Source: Mobula hypostoma
Lineage: Eukaryota
Length of the DNA: 64,000 nucleotides
Reading direction: 5' to 3'
NCBI RefSeq assembly: GCF_963921235.1
Contig: NC_086101.1
Span: 2,792,001 to 2,856,000, forward strand
Positions 23,735 through 35,749 of this stretch are shown here, piece after piece. The notes below the pieces were generated by a model. That model saw only the letters and a list, made by a program, of their open reading frames with translations, was not told the DNA's origin and did no database searches. Position numbers and translations under genes: made by a program. The first letter of the stretch is position 1; each line of letters opens with the position of its first letter.

Positions 23735-26082
23735 ATAGAACAGTACAGCAAGGCCATTCGGCCCACAATGTTGTGCTGAGCAGCTAAAAAGCAAATCAAT
23801 AACACCAGAATACTAATCCTTCCTACCTAAACCATCTCCATATCCCCCCAAACTCCTTACATGGTGCCTTTCCAAACCCCCCCTTAAAAGCCCCTAATGT
23901 ATTTGCCTCTACCACCATACCAGGCAGCGCATTCCAGGCGTCCACAACTCTCTGAGCAACAAAAAACTTACCCCCACATCCCCCTTGAACCTACCCCCTC
24001 TCGCTTTCGATGCATGCCTCTGGTGTTAGATATTTCAACCCTGGGAAACAGATGCTGTCTGTCCACTCTATCTATACCTCTCACAATCTTACAATCCTCT
24101 CTCAGATCTCCCCTCAGCATCCGCCGCTCCAGAGTAAACATTCAGAAAGATTTATCCAGCCTCTCGAGATAGTACATACCCTTTAAACCGGGCAGCACCA
24201 GCATCTTCTGCATCTTCTCCAAAGCCCCAACACACTTTCTACAGTGGGGCGACCAGAACTGATGTGACGTAACCAGAGTTTGCAACCAAAGCTGTAATAT
24301 AACCTCCTGACCTTTGAACTCAATGCCTCGACTAAAAATGCAAACATTCCATAAGCATTAATCACTTCTAAGAAGCTACGAACTTGGATCCCAAGAACTC
24401 TTTGCTCATCAACATTTTTAAGGATCTTGTCTTAAGTGTACTGTCTCCTCGTATTTGCCCCGACCAAGGTGCCACACCTCACATTTAGTTGTATTAAACT
24501 CCATCTGCCACTTCTCTGCCCATATCTGCAACTGATCTATATCGTGCTGTATTCTTTGCTAGTCTTCATTATCCACAATTCCGCCAATCTAACCCACCCA
24601 TCTACATTTTCATCCAGATCATCCAGATATACATCACAAACAGCAGAGATCCCAGCACAGATCCCTGAGAAACACCACCAGCTTGAAAAAGTCCCTTCAT
24701 CCAAAACCCTCTGTCATCTATGTGCATGTCAGTGCTGAATCCAAACAGCCAATTCACCTCAGATCCCATACATCTGAACCTTCTGGATGAACATTCCGTG
24801 AGGGACTTTGTCAAACACCTTAGACAACACCAGTTGTCCCACCCTCATCAATCTCTCTCGTCACCTTGTCAAGTTGGTAAGGATCAACGTGCCCCACAGA
24901 AAAGGCATGCTGGTTCTCCGTAATTAGGTTATTGGTTTTCAAATGCTTGTAAATCCTACACTAAGAATTTTCTCCAACATATGCCTTACGACTGACCTGA
25001 GACTCACCGGTCTATAATCCCAGGATTTTCCATTGTTCCCCTCTTAAATATAGGTACAACACTAGCCACTCACCAGTCCTCCGGGACCTCACTGTGCCTG
25101 GAGAGGACACCAAGGTACAGGTCAAGGGCTCAGAAATTTCTGATTCTGATTATGATTCTGAATTTCATCTCTTGCCCTCTGCAATAACCTGGGGGAAATC
25201 CCACCAGGTTCTGGGGACTTATCCACCTTCACGAGAAGGCCCAGCACTCCCTCCTTCTTGACTTCTAAAAGTCCTAACATATTTATATGCTCAGCACTGA
25301 TCTCCTGGTCCTCCAAATCCTTTTTCTTGGTAAATATTGAAGCAAAGTACTCTTTACATACTACACTCGCATTCTCTGCAAGCCAGCAAATGTTCCTGCT
25401 CTTTATCCTTGAGTTGTCCTACCTGGTTATCCTCTTGCTCTTCATATAGAATGCCTTGGAACTGACCTTAATCCTGCTTGCCAGGGACTTTTCATGGCCT
25501 CTCCTGGTCTTCCTAATTCCCTTTAGTTCTTTTCTGGCTTCCTTATACTCCTCATGTGCTTCGTCTGATCCTGACTTCTGAAGCTTTACATACTTTTCCC
25601 TTTTCCTGTTGAGTAAAATCATCACCTATCTGGAATCCGAAGTTCTCTTATTGTCCCATCCCCGTCCTTCCTTCTAACAGCAACATCCCTTTCGTCTACT
25701 CTGTGCAATTGATCTCCACACGTCTGATGTGGACTTGCTAGAGAAGAGTCGGTCTCAATTAATCCTTCTTAGTTCCTGGCTAATGCCCTCGTAATTTGAC
25801 CTACTGCAATTTAAAACTCTCCCAAAAGCTCACCTATACTTAACTATCCTGAAAGTTAAGGAGTTGTGGTCACTGTTTCCTGACTATTCGTCCGCTGAAA
25901 GGTCAGTCATCTGGCCAGGCTCATTACCCAACTCCAGTACGGCACCTCCTCCTGTTGGACTGCCCACATATTGAATTAAGAAATCTTCCTGGACACACTT
26001 AACAAATTCTGCCTCGTCTAAAACTCCTTGCACTAAGAATGTCCGAGTTTATATCAGGGAAGTTGAAATCCTCCATGACAAC
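23735..26082 (-). mobile_element. Heavily decayed CR1-type LINE
   Basis: RRGHEKSLASRIK, VDKSPEPGGISPRLL and GVSQGSVLGSLLF fragments, with a CR1 3' end near 23740. Confidence 0.8.
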
Positions 26083-26084
26083 AA

Positions 26085-27127
26085 ACCTAAAACGAGGAAA
26101 TCTGCAGGTGCTGGAATTTCAAGCAACACACATAAAAATTGCTGGTGAACGCAGCAGGCCAGGCAGCATCTCTAGGAAAAGGTACAGTCGACGTTTCAGG
26201 CTGAGACCCTTCGTCAGGACTAACTGAAAGAAGAGATAGTAAGAGATTTGAAAGTGGGAGGGGAGGGGGAGATCCAAAATGATAGGAGGTGGATGGATGG
26301 AGCCAAGAGCTGGAAAGTTGTTTGGCAAAAGGGATACCAGGCTGGAGAAGGGAGAGGATCATGGGACGGGAGGCCCAGGGAGAAAGAAAGGGGGAGGGGA
26401 GCCGAGGATGGGCAAGGAGTTATAGTGAGGGGGACAGAGGAAGAGAAAAGAGAGAAAAAAGGGGAAATAAATAAATAAACAAACAAATAAATGAATAGAT
26501 AGATAAATAAATAAATAACTGACGGGTACGAGGGAGAGGTGGGGCATTAGCGGAAGTTAGAGAAATCGATGTTCATGCCATCAGGTTGGAGGCTACCCAG
26601 ACGGAATATAAGGTGTTGTTCCTCCAACCTGAGTGTGGCTTCATCTTTACAGTAGAGGCGGCCGTGGTTAGACATGTCAGAATGGGAATGGGATGTGGAA
26701 TTGAAATGTGTGGCCACTGGGAGATCCTGCCTTCTCTGGCGGACAGAGCGTAGATGTTCAGCAAAGCGGTCTCCCAGTCTGTGTCGGGTCTCACCAATAT
26801 ATAAAAGGCCACATCGGGAGCACCGGACGCAGTATATCACCCCAGCCGACTCACAGGTGAAGTGTCGCCTCACCTGGAAGGACTGTCTGGGGCCCTGAAT
26901 GCTGGTAAGGGAGGAAGTGTAAGGGCGTGTGTAGCACTTGTTCCGCTTACACGGATAAGTGCCAGGAGGGAGATCAGTGGGGAGGTATGGGGGAGACGAG
27001 TGGACAAGGGAGTCGCGTAGGGAGCGATCCCTGCGGAAAAGCCGGGGGGGGGGAGGGAAAGATGTGCTTAGTGGTGGGATCTTGTTGGAGGTGGCGGAAG
27101 TTACGGAGAATAATATGTTGGACCATA
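26085..27127 (-). mobile_element. Penelope-like element 3' part (GIY-YIG endonuclease plus 3' terminal region)
   Basis: GTYPCKRNKCY..FTCESAGVIYCVRCSRCGLLYIGETRHRLGDRFAEH..VATHFN..EEQHLIFRLGSLQPDGMN*. A hammerhead motif lies downstream. Confidence 0.9.
26186..26221 (-). ncRNA. Minimal type I hammerhead ribozyme motif (Penelope-associated)
   Basis: AGTC-CTGACGA-AGG(GTCTCAG)CCT-GAAA-CG-TC-GACT: both conserved cores, stems I and II pair, GUC cleavage triplet. Confidence 0.75.
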
Positions 27128-27389
27128 TAATTTTTATATATTTCCTTAATCTGATTACACGTCTGTTTCTTGATGTCGTGGTCTGCCCCAGTCTCAATCA
27201 TAATACTCCCAGCATTAAAATATACACACTTCAAACTATCCGACCCAACATCACTGTTTTTTCCTGTTATTTCGATTGTCTTCCTCTCCCTCTCCCCCGC
27301 CACCTCTCTTTCTCTCGCTCTCTCTCTCTCTCCCTCCCTCCCTCTTCTCCCTCCTTACCTGTCCCTCCTTCCCTCTCCCTCGTCCCCTC

Positions 27390-27590
27390 CCTCCCTCGCA
27401 CAGACTGCAGGGAATCAGGAAGTCGAGTCCCGCTCTGCTCAAGGATCGAACCGGCCTCCCGCCGCGCCGAGCGTCCCGCAAAGCCAGTGGCTCGGCCTCG
27501 GAACTGGCGGCCGCAGAAGCGGAGGGTCCCCGGCAGAGCCCGGTCCAGCCCCGCAGTGAGAGCTCGGCCGCCAGTGGGCGTCAGAGAGAG
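27390..27590 (+). promoter_or_regulatory. CpG-rich 5' region of the TRIM gene (promoter or 5' UTR), preceded by a pyrimidine tract ending CACAG at 27403
   Basis: Dense CpG compared with the flanks, and no ATG between 27404 and 27867. Confidence 0.45.
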
Positions 27591-27599
27591 GGACAGAAA

Positions 27600-27780
27600 G
27601 GGGTCTAAGGGAGAGGGAGAGGGACCGAGAGGGGTTTGAGGGAGAGGGAGAGGGACAGAGAGGGGTTTGAGGGAGAGGGAGAGAGGGACAGAGAGGGGTT
27701 TGAGGCAGAGGGAGAGAGGGACAGAGAGGGGTTTGAGGGAGAGAGAGTGGGACAGAGAGGGGTTTGAGGGAGAGGGAGAA
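27600..27780. repeat. 31-33 bp purine-rich tandem repeat, about 5 copies
   Basis: Variants of TTTGAGGGAGAGGGAGAGGGACAGAGAGGGG. Confidence 0.85.
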
Positions 27781-27867
27781 GTGGTGAGTGAGTGAGTGAG
27801 AGAGAGAGGGGGGACCATTGGGGAAGTGGATAGGACAGGGAGGAGTCACAGGGGGAGGGAGGAAGAG

Positions 27868-29595
27868 ATGAGGAAGGGGGAGAGGGAGGGGAGGGGAGGG
27901 GAAAGGAGGGGAGGGGAGGGGGAGAAAGACTGGAGGGGAAATGAGATGCAGAGTGTGAGGGAGGAGGACGAGGTTAGAGAAAGGGCGCCGGTGAGGCAGA
28001 GAGGTGGCGAGGGAGAGAGAGGGAGGAGAAGGGAGAGAGATAGTGTGAGCCAAAGGGTCGGGATGAGTGAGAGAGGGGAGGTGAGGGAGAGAAAGAAAGA
28101 GGGGGAAGGAGAGGAGATTGAGAGAGGCAGCTGGAGGGAAAGGGAGGGTGCGAGAGAGAGGCAGAGAGTGAGGGAAGGGGAAAGGGCAACAGAAGGAGAG
28201 GTGAATGAGAGAGAAAGATGGAGAGAGAGAAAGGGAGAGGGGCAGAGAGCAAGGAAGGGGGAGAGTGAGAGGCTCAGGGAGGGTGGGGGTGAGAGTGAGA
28301 GGCAGAGGCTCAGGGAGGGTGGGGGTGAGAGTGAGAGGCAGAGGCTCAGGGAGGGTGGGGGTGAGAGTGAGAGGCAGAGGCTCAGGGAGGGTGGGGGTGT
28401 CACAGAGACGGAAGGGAATGGTGCGCGGGTGGGGGAGGGTGAGAGGGCGAGGGAGCAGGGGGACAGGCGGAGGGACAACAGGAAGCTGAGGGAGGGAGAG
28501 AGAGTGACACTGATGGGTGGGGATAGTGAGGGAGGGAGGCGAGGGGAGAGGGACAGTGGAGGGGACAGGCAGAGAGCGAGGAAAAGGGAAAGGGAGAGAG
28601 CAGAGGTGAGTGAGAGGGAAAGGGGGGGTGGGAGGACAGGAGAAGGGGAGCAAAAGGAGGAGAGGTGGAGGGGGGGTGAGGGGGTTGTAGAGAGAGTGGG
28701 GAATGGTGCGAGGACAAGGGAGAGACGGAGAGGGGGTGAGGGCGAAGTGGTGGAAGTCAGGCCGAAGGAGGGAGCAGGTGCAGGAGTGACCGAGGATGAA
28801 GAGGAGCAGTGGAAGATGAGGGCGAGGGGAAGGGACAGAGTGAGGGAATGGACGAGGGAGAGTGAGAGAGAGAAGCAGAGGGAGAGGGGGGAGGAGGATG
28901 ATAGAGAGGGGGAGAGAGAGGAGGGGGAGAGGATTAGGGAGTATGGGAGGGTGGGAAACACTGCAAGGAAGAGCGAGGGTAAGAGGGAAAGATGGAGGGA
29001 GAGGGGAAATGAGGATGAGAATGAGGGAGAGAGTTGGAGGGAAATTGGGAGGGTTTCAAAGAGGGAGAGAGCACAGCTAAGGGAGAAAGGAAGGGTATGG
29101 GATGGGGAGGAGGAGAGGTGGAGGGAGGAGTCGGGGGATACAGGGTCACATTTGGAGAGTGAGAGAGCAGGGCCAAGGGAGGAGGGAAGGGTGTGGGATG
29201 GGGGGGAGGAGAGGTGGAGGGAGGCATCTAGGAAGAGAGAGTCAGGTTTAGAGAGGGAGAGGATGACAGGCTGGGAGGGTGGGAGGGAGTGGGATGAGGA
29301 GAGAGAAAGAGAGCACAGGAGGAGGGAGGCTGGGAGGAATGGGGAGGAGGGACACAACAGGAAGGAGGGTGGGAGGGGGAGGAGTGAAGAGGAGGGAGAA
29401 AGTTGTGGGGAGGGACAGTGGGAGGGTGACAGGGGGTGCAGGCATCTCCCACGCCTCTTCTGCCCACTCCACGAGGAGGAACTGAAACTGTTCTGCGAGA
29501 CGGACGGGAAGCTGATCTGTGGGATTTGCCGGGACAGCCGGGAGCACAAGTATCACCACTACATCCCAGTGAATGAGGCGCTGGACATCTACCAG
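27868..29595 (+). CDS. TRIM/B30.2 gene coding exon 1: long Glu/Arg/Gly-rich region plus B-box type 2 (3' end certain, start inferred)
   Basis: B-box CPLHEEELKLFCETDGKLICGICRDSREHKYHHYIPVNEA from 29461, phase-0 donor CAG|GTGAG after 29595. The frame is open back to 27796 and the first ATG (GAGATGA) is in frame at 27868. Confidence 0.7.
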
Positions 29596-30129
29596 GTGAG
29601 CCTCGCCTCAGAACACTCCCCCCCCCCACCTCCGAGAGGACGCCAGCTTCACTCCAATTTCCCTCATCGGGGGGACCCTCATTTGGGATCAGACTCTGCT
29701 ACAGGGGCAGGGAGTGGGTGGCAGGACAGCTGGCCAAGTGGGAGTGGGGTTGGGTGTAGGGTGGTGGGACTGCTTCTTCCAACAGGACTCCCTGATCCAT
29801 AGCAGAGCCTTCCTCTACACAGTTTCCATTCAGTGCAACGATGGGAAGTTCTCTGCTGTGCATCTGTGCAAAGACATAACAATGTGAGCATGAGTGTGCA
29901 GAGTCCAGTTCCCTTCAGCTTCCTCAGAAATCATTACTCCTCATGGCTTCATACACCTTTATAAAGTTACCTAACAGTCTCCTCAGCTCCAGGGAATAAC
30001 GTTCTCCCAAACACTCACCATCACCTGGTCCCAGCAACTTCCTCATAAATTTCCTCTGTACTCTGTCCAGCATAATGGCATCTTTCCCAGTGCAGGTCAG
30101 CCAGGACTGTACACAATACTCCCCTACCT

Positions 30130-30300
30130 TCCACCCACCCTGGTCTCGCCCAATCACTTTGTAGTTTGTAGCCCTTCCCTTCCCTCCACCTTCTTACTCT
30201 GGCTTCTTCCCCCTTCCTCTCCCGTCCTGACGAAGGATCTTGTCCTGAAACGTCGACTGTTTGTTCCCCTCCATAGACGCTAGCTGACCTGCTGAGTTGT
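30130..30300 (+). mobile_element. Penelope-derived terminal fragment
   Basis: Same 3' terminal text as the element at 26085-26350, in the opposite orientation. Confidence 0.7.
30224..30257 (+). ncRNA. Minimal type I hammerhead ribozyme motif, sense strand in the first TRIM coding intron
   Basis: GTC-CTGACGA-AGGA(TCTTG)TCCT-GAAA-CG-TC-GAC. Confidence 0.7.
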
Positions 30301-30540
30301 TCACTCTGCACACAGTACTCCAAGTGTGGCCTCACTGACACTTTCTACATCTGCAACATAACATCCAACTTCTGAACTGAATGCTCTGGCTGATAAAGGC
30401 CAGTGTGCCAAACACCTTCTTCACCGGCACAAAGTACTGGAAGAACTCTGCAGGCCGGGGAGTATCTAGAAACAGTCGACATTCATGCCGAGACCCTGCG
30501 TCACGATTGGAAAGGAAGTGGGGCAGAAGTCAGATTAAAA

Positions 30541-30922
30541 CCTCATAGAAACATTTCGAATGTTGAAAGGCATGGACAGAGTGGATGTGGCAAAGTTGTT
30601 TCCCATGATGGGGGAGTCTACTACGAGAGGGAGTGACTTAAGGATTGAAGGGCACCCATTCAGAACAGAGATGCAAAGAAATTTTTTTAGTCAGAGGGTG
30701 GTGAATCTATGGAATTTGTTGCCACGGGCGGCAGTGGAGACCAAGTCATTGGGTGTATTTAAGGCAGAGATTGATAGGTATCTGAGTAGCCAGGGCATTA
30801 AGGTTATGGTGAGAAGGCAGGGGAGTGGGACTAAATGGGAGAATGGATCTGCTCATGATAAAATGGCGGAGCAGACTCGATGGGCCAAATGGCCGACTTC
30901 TGCTCCTTTGTCTTATGGTCTA
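30541..30922 (+). mobile_element. CR1-type LINE 3' fragment
   Basis: MLKGMDRVDVAKLFP..FFSQRVVNLWNLLP, with tail TCTTATGGTCT. Confidence 0.85.
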
Positions 30923-31090
30923 AAATGATGGGGAAGGAGTGAAGGGGAGGGAGTACAAGCTGGCAGGTGAGAGGTAAAACCAGGTGAGGGGAAGGTGTGC
31001 AGGTGGGGCAGACTGGATGAGGTGAGGAGCTGGGAGGGAATAGGTAGGCTGAAGAAAATGGCAGAAGAAATAAGGTGACCAGAGGGAGGT

Positions 31091-33718
31091 AAGAAACATA
31101 GAAACATAGAAAATAGGTGCAGGAGTAGGCCATTCGGCCCTTCGAGCCTGCACCGCCATTTATTATGATCATGGCTGATCATCCAACTCAGAACCCTGCA
31201 CCAGCCTTCCCTCCATACCCCCTGATCCCCCTAGCCACAAGGGCCATATCTAACTCCCTCTTAAATATAGCCAATGAACTGGCTTCAACTGTTTCCTGTG
31301 GCAGAGAATTCCACAGATTCACCACTCTCTGTGTGAAGAAGTTTTTCCTAATCTCGGTCCTAAAAGGCTTCCCCTTTATCCTCAAACTGTGACCCCTCGT
31401 TCTGGACTTCCCCAACATCGGGAACAATCTTCCTGCATCTAGCCTGTCCAATTCCTTCAGGATTTTATACGTTTCAATCAGATCCCCCCTCAATCTTCTA
31501 AATTCCAACGAGTACAAGCCCAGTTCATCCAGTCTTTCTTCATATGAAAGTCCTGCCATCCCAGGAATCAATCTGGTGAACCTTCTTTGTACTCCCTCTA
31601 TGGCAAGGATGTCTTTCCTCAGATTAGGGGACCAAAACTGTACACAATACTCCAGGTGTGGTCTCACCAAGGCCTTGTACAACTGCAGTAGTACCTCCCC
31701 GCTCCTGTATTCAAATCCTCTCGCTATAAATGCCAGCATACCATTCGCCTTTTTCACCGCCTGCTGTACCTGCATGCCCACTTTCAATGACTGGTGTATA
31801 ATGACACCCAGGTCTCGTTGCAGCTCCCCTTCTCCTAATTGGCCACCATTCAGATAATAATCTGTTTTCCTATTTTTGCCACCAAAGTGGATAACTTCGC
31901 ATTTATCCACATTAAAATGCATCTGCCATGAACTTGCCCACTCACCCAACCTATCCAAGTCACCCTGCATCCTCTTAGCATCCTCCTCACAGCTAACACT
32001 GCCGCCCAGCTTCGTGTCATCTGCAAACTTGGAGATGCTGCATTCAATTCCCTCATCCAAGTCATTAATATATATTGTAAACAACTGGGGTCCCAGCACT
32101 GAGCCTTGCGGTACCCCACTAGTCACTGCCTGCCATTCTGAAAGGGTCCCGTTTATTCCCACTCTTTGCTTCCTGTCTGCTAACCAATTCTCTATCCACA
32201 TCAATACCTTACCCCCAATACCGTGTGCTTTAAGTTTGCACACTGATCTCCTGTGTGGGACCTTGTCAAAAGCCTTTTGAAAATCCAAATATACCACATC
32301 CACTGGTTCTCCCCTATCCACTCTACTAGTTACATCCTCAAAAAATTCTATGAGATTCGTCAGACATGATTTTCCTTTCACAAATCCATGCTGACTTTGT
32401 CCGATGATTTCACCGCTTTCCAAATGTGCTGTTATCACATCTTTGATAACTGACTCCAGCAGTTTCCCCACCACCGATGTTAGGCTAACTGGTCTATAAT
32501 TCCCCGGTTTCTTTCTCCCTCCTTTTTTAAAAAGTGGGGTTACATTAGCCACCCTCCAATCCTCAGGAACTAGTCCAAAATCTAACGAGTTTTGAAAAAT
32601 TATCACTAATGCATCCACTATTTCTTGGGCTACTTTCTTAAGCACTCTGGGATGCAGCCCATCTGGCCCTGGGGATTTATCTGCCTTTAATCCCTTCAAT
32701 TTACCCAACACCACTTCCCTACTAACATGTATTTCACTCAGTTCCTCCATCTCACTGGACCCTACTATTTCTGGAAGATTATTTATGTCCTCCTTAGTGA
32801 AGACAGAATCAAAGTAATTATTCAATTGGTCTGCCATGTCCTTGCTTCCCATAATCAATTCACCTGTTTCTGTCTGTAGGGGACCTACATTTGTCTTTAC
32901 CAGTCTTTTCCTTTTTACATATCTATAAAAGCTTTTACAGTCAGTTTTTATGTTCCCTGCCAGTTTTCTCTCATAATCTTTTTCCCCCTTCCTAATTAAA
33001 CCCTTTGTCCTCCTCTGCTGAACTCTGAATTTCTCCCAGTCCTCAGGTGAGCCACTTTCTCTGGCTAATTTGTATGCTTCTTCTTTGGAATTGATACTAT
33101 CCCTAATTTCTCTTGTCAGCCACGGGTGCACTACCTTCCTTGATTTATTCTTTTGCCAAACTGGGATGAACAATTGTTGTAGTTCATCCATGCAACCTTT
33201 AAATTCTTGCCATTGCATATCCACCGTCAATCCTTTAAGTGTCATTTGCCAGTCTATCTCAGCTAATTCACGTCTCATACCTTCAAAGTTACCCCTCTTT
33301 AAGTTCAGAACCTGTTTCTGAATTAACTATGTCACTCTCCATCTTAATGAAGAATTCCACCATATTATGGTCACTCTTACCCAAGGGGCCTCTCACGACA
33401 AGATTGCTAATTAACCCTTCCTCATTGCTCAAAACCCAGTCCAGAATAGCCTGCTCTCTAGTTGGTTCCTCGACATGTTGGTTCAAAAAACCATCCCGCA
33501 TACATTCCAAGAAATCCTCTTCCTCAGCACCTTTACCAATTTGGTTCACCCAATCTACATGTAGATTGAAGTCACCCATTATAACTGCTGTTCCTTTATT
33601 GCACACATTTCTAATTTCCTGTTTAATACCATCTCCGACCTCACTACTACTGTTAGGTGGCCTGTACACAACTTCCACCAGCGTCTTCTGCCCCTTAGTG
33701 TTATGCAGCTCTACCCAT
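31091..33718 (-). mobile_element. Young CR1/HER1-type LINE, 5'-truncated, with an uninterrupted 696-codon RT ORF
   Basis: ORF 31188-33278 has all RT motifs (QGSVLGPQLF, FADDTK). The endonuclease part YRPPN..GDFN..GKSDHN (33289-33718) is separated by one frameshift. Tail AGAAACATAGAAACATAG at 31092. Confidence 0.95.
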
Positions 33719-34390
33719 AAGGAAAGATGAGGAGAGAAGGGGCGAGAGGGGAATGAAAATAGAGAGGGCGGCGGGGGATTACTGGAAGCTAGAGAAGTCA
33801 ATGTCAGGTTGAAGGCTGCCCAGACTATGAGGTGCTGTTCCTCCAACCTGACAGTGGCCTCATCAGCACGCTGCCTACCAACAATGCCACTTTCAGGGAA
33901 CCATGTAGTTCTACTCTTAAACACAAAATACTCTGCAGATGCTGGGGTCAAAGCAACACTCACAATACGCTGGAGGAACTCAGCAGGTCAGGCAGCATCC
34001 ATGGAAACGATCAGTCAACGTTTCAGGCCGGAACCCTTCGTCAGGACTGTAGAGGGAAGGGGCAGAGGCCCTATAAAGGTGGGGGGAGAGTGGGAAGGAG
34101 AAGGCTGGTAGGTTCCAGGTGAAAAACCAGTAAGGGGAAAGATAAAGGGGTGGGGAAGGGAGGCAGGGAGGTGATAGGCAGGAAAGGTGAAGAGAGAATA
34201 GGGGAAAACACAATGGGTAGTAGAAGGAGGTGGAACCATGAGGGAGGTGGTAGGCAGCTGGGGGAGGGGGCAGAGTGAAACTGGGATAGGGGAAGGGAGG
34301 GGGAGGGAATTACCGGAAGTTGGAGAATTCTATGTTCATACCAAGGGGCTGGAGACTACCTGGACGGTATATGAGGTGTTGCTCCTCCAG
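33719..34390 (-). mobile_element. Penelope-like fragments (two ORF-end/terminal pieces)
   Basis: DEATVRLEEQHLI at about 33830-33870 and again as LEEQHLIYRPGSLQPLGMN at about 34330-34390, plus a terminal region with a hammerhead motif. Confidence 0.8.
34012..34049 (-). ncRNA. Minimal type I hammerhead ribozyme motif
   Basis: CAGTC-CTGACGA-AGG(GTTCCGG)CCT-GAAA-CG-TT-GACTG: 5-bp stem I, GUU triplet. Confidence 0.7.
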
Positions 34391-34704
34391 TTCTACTCTT
34401 GGGTCTCTCTGTTCTACAACATTCCCCAGGGCCTGACCTCCCCTCAATCATCTTCCCAAGGTTCAGCAGTGGTGTAGCAGTTCTTCTTGGCCCAATCACC
34501 CCTTCTAGGGCATGGGTGGTCAACAGCAGCTCTACCCTTGATCACTACTTCATACACCTACCAGGCGACCATCCTTCCTCTCCCACGAATGAGGTCTTTG
34601 GAGCTTCTGTTGGCATTTCTGCCACGCTGGGTTTTTCTGGGACGGGGCAGCTCGCCTCACGCCCAGCCCTCTTCCTCGCGCAGTCAGGCTTGGTGAGCTA
34701 GCGT

Positions 34705-34940
34705 TGCGGCTAGCACGGTGCCAGTACAGCTCAGGGCATCGGAGCTGAGTTCAGTTCGGGTGTCGTCTGTACCTCCTCCCCATGGGTGTGTGGGTTTCCT
34801 CCCACAATCCAAAGACGTACACTTAGTGGGTTAATCAGTGATGGTAAATTTTCCTGTGATTGGGCTAGGGTTGAATAGGTGAGTCACTAGGCAGAGGGGG
34901 TTCGTTGGACCAGAACAGCCTGCTCCACCCTGTGTCACTA
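34705..34940 (+). mobile_element. V-SINE (HE1-like) copy
   Basis: V-domain-like GGGTTTCCTCCCACAATCCAAAGACGT followed by a CR1-like tail. Confidence 0.55.
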
Positions 34941-35749
34941 GACGCCATTTTCCATTCCTTGTCTGTGATTCTTGACCACCTGCACACTGTCTACAACACC
35001 TCCTATTGTATTGTGGGAACGTTGCTTTCCTGCAGTGAAGCTCCGCGCACCGCTGCCGACCCCTCCCTCAGTGTGCTCAGGAGTGTCCTGCCGTGATGGA
35101 GACCAGAGCAACTGTCCTGCTTTGCAGACCTGAATCCGCCTCCTCTGCTACTGGCATCCATTACTGGAGACAGCTGCCCCCTCCTGAGTGACAGTGTCGG
35201 GGTGACGAGGCTGGCTTGGTTCTCCCAGGAGCAGAGGGGGCTGAGGCAGGGGAGATCAGATGAGGTGCACAAAACAATGAGAAGCATGCTTAGTTGGAAC
35301 TTCTCCCCCCTGCAGTCAGACATTCCGAGAAACACACAGTCGTGTGGTCATGCACATCGGCAGAAGAAATAAAGGCATAGACTATTTTCTAAAATAGGAG
35401 AAACTTCAAAAGTGAGAGTTAGACCATAAGATATAGGAGCAGAATTAGGCCATTTGGCCCATCGAGTCTGCTCCACTATTTCATCGCGGCTGATCCATTT
35501 TCCCTCTCAGTTCCAATCTCCAACCTTCTCTCAGTATCCCTTCATGCCCTGACCAATCAACCTCTACCTTAAATATACCCAAAGGCCTGGCCTCCACAGC
35601 CGCCTGTGGAAACAGATTCCACAGATTTGCCACCCTCTGACTAAAGAAATCCCTCCTTATCTTTGTTCTAAAAGGATGCCCATTTACTCTGAGGCTGTGT
35701 CCTTTAGTCCTAACTATAGGAAATATCCTCTCCACACCCACTCTATCAA

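Noticed and set aside
27439..29549. Ser/Leu/Pro-rich minus-strand ORFs of 404 and 567 aa
   Set aside because: Antisense shadows of the purine-rich TRIM exon. A C/T-rich strand lacks stops by composition.
29596..29802. Continuation of the 668-aa ORF past the B-box
   Set aside because: A strong donor CAG|GTGAG at 29595/29596 joins in phase to exon 36665, so the remainder is intron.
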